The notes under the pieces were generated by a model. That model saw only the letters and a list, made by a program, of their open reading frames with translations, had not been told where the DNA came from and ran no database searches. The position numbers and the translations under genes were made by a program. A stretch of DNA of 64,000 bases from Neophaeotheca triangularis (lineage: Eukaryota), in assembly GCA_054600435.1 (NCBI GenBank), contig BAAIJX010000010.1:62001-126000 (forward strand). Reading direction: 5' to 3'. This document shows, in pieces, positions 59,905-64,000 of the stretch. The first letter of the stretch is position 1. Each line of letters opens with the position of its first letter.

Positions 59905-60733
59905 ATGTACAATCTCTCAAATATCGTGGTTCTCGCCCTTCTGGGTTTCAGCGGTCTTTCTGCCGCCGTCGCCATCCCAGCGGAGACGCCGGCCGGTTAC
60001 GTTACGACCGAGCAGCCAAAGACCACCAAGAAGACCACGACTACCCCTGTCGTTCCGAGCACCTCGTGCACTGAGAGCATCAAGACTATCCCCTCTACCG
60101 GATACACGACGATCACTACCTACACCACCATCACCAAGCATGTCCCCAAGACTACGTCCCGCTCCGTCGTAAAGACCTCGACCTCGAAATCGACCTTTGT
60201 GACCACCAAGGAGTCGACTCAAGTTACTACGGTTCCATACACTGACAAAGTGGGTCATATTGAAAAAGACCAATTGTTACTTCCACGACTCTTTCTGACT
60301 CTTCCCAGACCAAAACCACCACCTACGTTACCGAAACCAAGCCCACGACCAGCGTCAGCAAGACCTTCTCCCTCTCCACTATCATCAAGACCGTGCCGAT
60401 TAAAACGACCATCACCGGATACAAGACCATCACCCGCTCCTCCGTTGTGCAGGTCCCAGTCACCCGCTACTCGACCAAGACCTCCGTCGTCGGCAAGCCG
60501 GAGACCGAGGTATGCCATAGAACCATTGCTCCGCTACTTACACCACAAAGCTAATCTCCACCACCCCCCAGACCTCCAACGTCTACGTCACGACGACCAA
60601 ATACGAGACCTTCACGACCAACGTCCCGAGCGTCACCACCAGCAAGATCGAGACCAAGAAGCCCTTCACCAGCACCAAGTTCTCGACCACTAAGATCTGC
60701 ACCACTGTTGGCGGACCCAAGCCCTACGAGTAA
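59905..60733 (+). CDS. Secreted Thr/Lys/Val/Ser-rich protein, 235 aa; exons 59905-60249, 60309-60509, 60572-60733
   Basis: Signal peptide; two phase-0 introns with CTGAC/GCTAAT branch points keep a Thr-rich frame with strong codon bias; TATAAA at about 59764. Confidence 0.85.
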
Positions 60734-61578
60734 AGGCCAGGGAAGTGAAAAGCTAGCCTTGGCTATGCAAGCTGTGAGTCGAACGGTTGAAGACGGGTTA
60801 ATGGTGATGTGAAAGGGGCGAGGTCTGGGTCGATGGGATTGCGGGGGAGTATACGCTCGGGCAGTAGTTTCTGGTTTCATGCTGATAGCATACTTACATT
60901 CCTTCGGCTTTGCTTCTTCTTGAGTAGTTAGTGGTCTTGTTGGTATAGAACACAAATGGGTACAACTCTTTTTGCCCGCGACTCTTCTCTGTCAGTGTGG
61001 CAGGACTCTATCGATGTCGTATGATCTTGTGGACGCGACCGACATGCGCTCGGACTTGGGACTCCACGAAACCGTAGCCGCATCGGGCTTTCCGGCAAGA
61101 TGGGTTGCGAGGTAGAGGTTACAATTCTGCGGAGCTGTCGATGGCTGGGAGGTTATGAGTAGAGGAGGCAATCTTGATGCGATAAGGAGATGAGTCATGG
61201 CTGTGGAAGCATGGGACGGTGTCTTTAGCTAGGCGGGGTGTAAGATCCGTGGTAGACTGCAGCCAGCCACGGACTCGGCCATGGAAAAGACTACCCCTGA
61301 TGGCATTGGTGTAGACAGAGGGCTGATTACGAAACCTTAAAATCTCAAGATTCCGTGGAGAAGAGAGAAGTTGAAGCGTGAGAATAAGAGGTGCAAAGGA
61401 TCAACGAAAATGATGGGGATTAGACAAAGAAGGAGATGGAAAAAGATATACACTTACCTTACCCGGCGGACCGGCCGCTTACCCACTGCGTTTACAAGAC
61501 GCCGTGCATGTAACTCCAACACCAACTCCAGACCTGAACAAAAGAAACGTCGGGACATCAGACCTACCTCACTCACCT

Positions 61579-62817
61579 CTAGTTAGGCCAAGGCAGAATG
61601 AACGGCAGCTGGAAGGGCTGGTTTACACCGTCAAGATCCCACTCCCAACCATCCGTAGTCTCTCTGATAGCACCAGTAGCATCACACCCTACGTTAGCGA
61701 GACAAAACCTGTCAGCGGTCCTGTGGCTCCAACGATTAAGCCGCTGCCAGAAAGCCTTGGTCAGAAACTTGTGAATTTCTTTGAATGGCACTCGTGTCAG
61801 AGTCTCGTGGGGAGAGATGAACGTACCCGGACGGCTCGGCATGGGCTCGCCGTCGTCTTCGTAGAGGCGAGCCAGTGATCTTGAAGGCCAGGGCACAAAG
61901 GTCAGTATCCCATGGTGCTCTTCGCTCATGCTGCCGTAGAAGGGGTAATTGTTCTCATGGACGCCGAAAGGCCAGAACGCGACATCGCCGCCGAAGATTG
62001 CGCTTGTTAGCTCGAAGCCCAGTTCCGCGACCTTGCCGTCGCCGTAGAGCGGGTCCCCCCATGTGTTGTCGAGACCCACGGCGAACCAGACAGCGTGCGC
62101 GAGCTCGTGGACAAGAGAAGTCGCCATGTCGAAAATCGCCCAGACCTCGACTGCCTGATCGTACTTCTCGCCTTTGAGACGGCACTCGCGCATGCGGGCT
62201 AGCTTCATGAATTTCCTAGTGCCGATGGAAATATATGGGGCACGCTGAGGGTAAAAGTCGAGGCTGCCGGCCGCGGCCTGGCTTGGAGGTGATGGTGGTG
62301 GTAGGTCTGGGCCACTGCGGGCTGAGGCACAGGTACCTGGAGGCAGATCTTCGGTTTGGATGATAATGTGCTCTGCCAGCCGGGCCAGGCCCCTGTAAAC
62401 ATTGGTCTTCCATTGGGGGTCAGATTCGGTGCTTGTTTTGTTTAGCCTCAGTAGACCTTCCGGCGTTTTGTCGCTTCGTTGAATGAGAATCGTGTTGTCG
62501 TTATGCATCATGTCCTTCAACAGTTCAAAAGCTGGCAGTGTCTGGAGCAGCTGGGAGGCTAGGCGACAGGGCTTTTCCATGACGCGATAGTTCTCGTCGC
62601 TAAAGTAGATGAATCGCTGTCTTGCAAATACCTCCAATATGCCTCCAAAGGCATTGAAATCGGCATCGATCTCGTCCGCGTTGAGACCATCCAGTTTCTC
62701 GGTATCGTACAAAAAAGACCTCAACTCTTCATGCAAAGGGATATCGTTTTGGGTTGAGACGTTGCCAGCTACTGCGTTCTGTAAGTAAGTGCCGAAAGAT
62801 CCGGGCTGGAAGTCCAT
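61579..62817 (-). CDS. Hypothetical zincin-like (HExxH) protein
   Basis: ATSLVHELAHA followed by AELGFEL..AIFGG; ATG at 62817; no signal peptide. Confidence 0.65.
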   Translation of the reverse strand: MDFQPGSFGTYLQNAVAGNVSTQNDIPLHEELRSFLYDTEKLDGLNADEIDADFNAFGGILEVFARQRFIYFSDENYRVMEKPCRLASQLLQTLPAFELLKDMMHNDNTILIQRSDKTPEGLLRLNKTSTESDPQWKTNVYRGLARLAEHIIIQTEDLPPGTCASARSGPDLPPPSPPSQAAAGSLDFYPQRAPYISIGTRKFMKLARMRECRLKGEKYDQAVEVWAIFDMATSLVHELAHAVWFAVGLDNTWGDPLYGDGKVAELGFELTSAIFGGDVAFWPFGVHENNYPFYGSMSEEHHGILTFVPWPSRSLARLYEDDGEPMPSRPGTFISPHETLTRVPFKEIHKFLTKAFWQRLNRWSHRTADRFCLANVGCDATGAIRETTDGWEWDLDGVNQPFQLPFILPWPN

Positions 62818-63604
62818 GCTGTCGAGGAGCGCAAAAAAGATCAACGTTAGGGGAGCTGTGTGTTGGTAATGGCTTTGCCGGCAAAGCAGTGTCAGCGTTG
62901 ACGGGCAGCGGATGCTTGTGGAAGATAGTGCTCTACCAGAAGCTTTGCCAGCAAAGCAGTATCGTGTGGGCGGGGGAAGGAAGGAAAATGGAAATTTGGT
63001 GCCATCGAAGCAGGATTCCCATGGAGTTTGAATAAGTAGTACAACGGTCAAAGGAAATACAATGCCCTTGTAGCCCTTTGAAGCTCGAGGTCAGCATCGT
63101 TGATGGCTTTGTTGGAGAGAAGTCGGAAACTCCGCCTTTGTTGGCCGGACAGCTTTGACGGCCGAGGACTGACAAAGAATGTCTCGTGATCGCGTGTAGT
63201 CGACATCGCAATGGATCAGAGGAAGCCAGGAGTATGTGACAATGGAGTGAAGTAGCACCTGAAAAAGGGGCAAGAAAGAAAGTGTAGCAACAGGGAGCCT
63301 TGTCGTGGTAAACTGTCTTCGAGGATGTAGCCCACCCACCACATGCCATGAGAGATCTGTTCGTCGACAATTTCGATTGCTTTGAGGGTTGGCTCGTTGA
63401 TGAAATCTGGAGGGCGATCGTTCATACGGAGAGCTCCCTGAAGTGTTTGACCAGGAGCGCCGAGATATCCCATTACTAGCGTCAAACAAGACCAGCCAAT
63501 CACTGCGCAGCGTATCAGACTTCCTCCTGACCTACACATTCAAAAGGTTTAGTACATTTATTATACACTACCATCCACTGAAGTTTGAGAAGCATGCATC
63601 GCCT

Positions 63605-64000
63605 TCACTCCCTCTCACAATCCCTCCAATACCTCAGCGCCTGCTCCCCGTAACTGCCCTCGTCGGGCTGCCTCCCCTCTAGCGCAGCTGCCAAATTCTC
63701 CAAGCCCGCCTTGTAGTCGGCCTCAACTCTCGAAGCCAGGTCCCGTTTCGGCATCCCCTGCTCTCCCAAGATTCTCCTCGCCAACATCAACCCATGCCAA
63801 AGCGGTACACCATGCAGCATCTCCCATACCGGTCCTTTAGCAGGCGGCGCCTTGCTAGCAGGCTGCATTTTCTCAGGATGCGCTTCCAGGCACGCTAGCA
63901 AGCGCTCGGTGTAGGCACGTACTTTGCCGTCGACGTCGGAGGCCCCTTGGTGTTTGAGACTGTATACAGCGGCCAATTCCAGGAACACAGCTACAACTTC
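63605..64000 (-). CDS. 3' end of an unidentified helical protein gene running off the window
   Basis: Frame is open from the window edge to TGA at 63605 with protein-like composition. Confidence 0.7.
   Translation of the reverse strand, partial: EVVAVFLELAAVYSLKHQGASDVDGKVRAYTERLLACLEAHPEKMQPASKAPPAKGPVWEMLHGVPLWHGLMLARRILGEQGMPKRDLASRVEADYKAGLENLAAALEGRQPDEGSYGEQALRYWRDCERE

Noticed and set aside
1..64000. Numerous overlapping or antisense ORFs in the six-frame track; secondary-metabolite cluster
   Set aside because: These are shadow ORFs of GC-rich coding regions; no PKS, NRPS or terpene synthase backbone gene is present.

Overview
Gene-dense, intron-containing eukaryotic DNA from a filamentous ascomycete. 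The GT..AG introns are mostly 50-80 nt with CTRAY branch points, and a Dothideomycete-like origin is inferred from gene style only. The window holds about 25 protein genes: an atypical ATP-dependent DNA ligase, a PhoD phosphatase, a GFA protein, a class II eIF4E, a Ulp SUMO protease, an AIG2/GGCT protein, a PQ-loop protein, a divergent HapX, a GH35 beta-galactosidase, Trk1, Cox6/Va, an ELO elongase, a Jen-type MFS, UPF0047, a GH88/105-like hydrolase, a pseudo-aspartic protease, a DEDDh exonuclease, a DXO/Rai1-like protein, Dld2, an Aro8-like aminotransferase, an LCCL protein, a secreted Thr-rich protein, a HExxH protein and several hypothetical proteins. A U1 snRNA gene at about 49360-49500 lies outside the ORF track. 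The strongest leads are: (i) an unexplained ~470-nt structured element with G-U pairing on the + strand at 51936-52401; (ii) an accessory-looking 42.6-49.5 kb segment combining a truncated SDR, a divergent DEDDh exonuclease, a Pol III A/B-box element, a DXO-like protein and U1; (iii) a probable spliced non-coding host transcript divergent from eIF4E; (iv) a HapX with remodelled CBC-binding and bZIP regions. No CRISPR array, rRNA, canonical tRNA or intact transposon was seen. Family calls rest on recognised motifs; no database searches were run.
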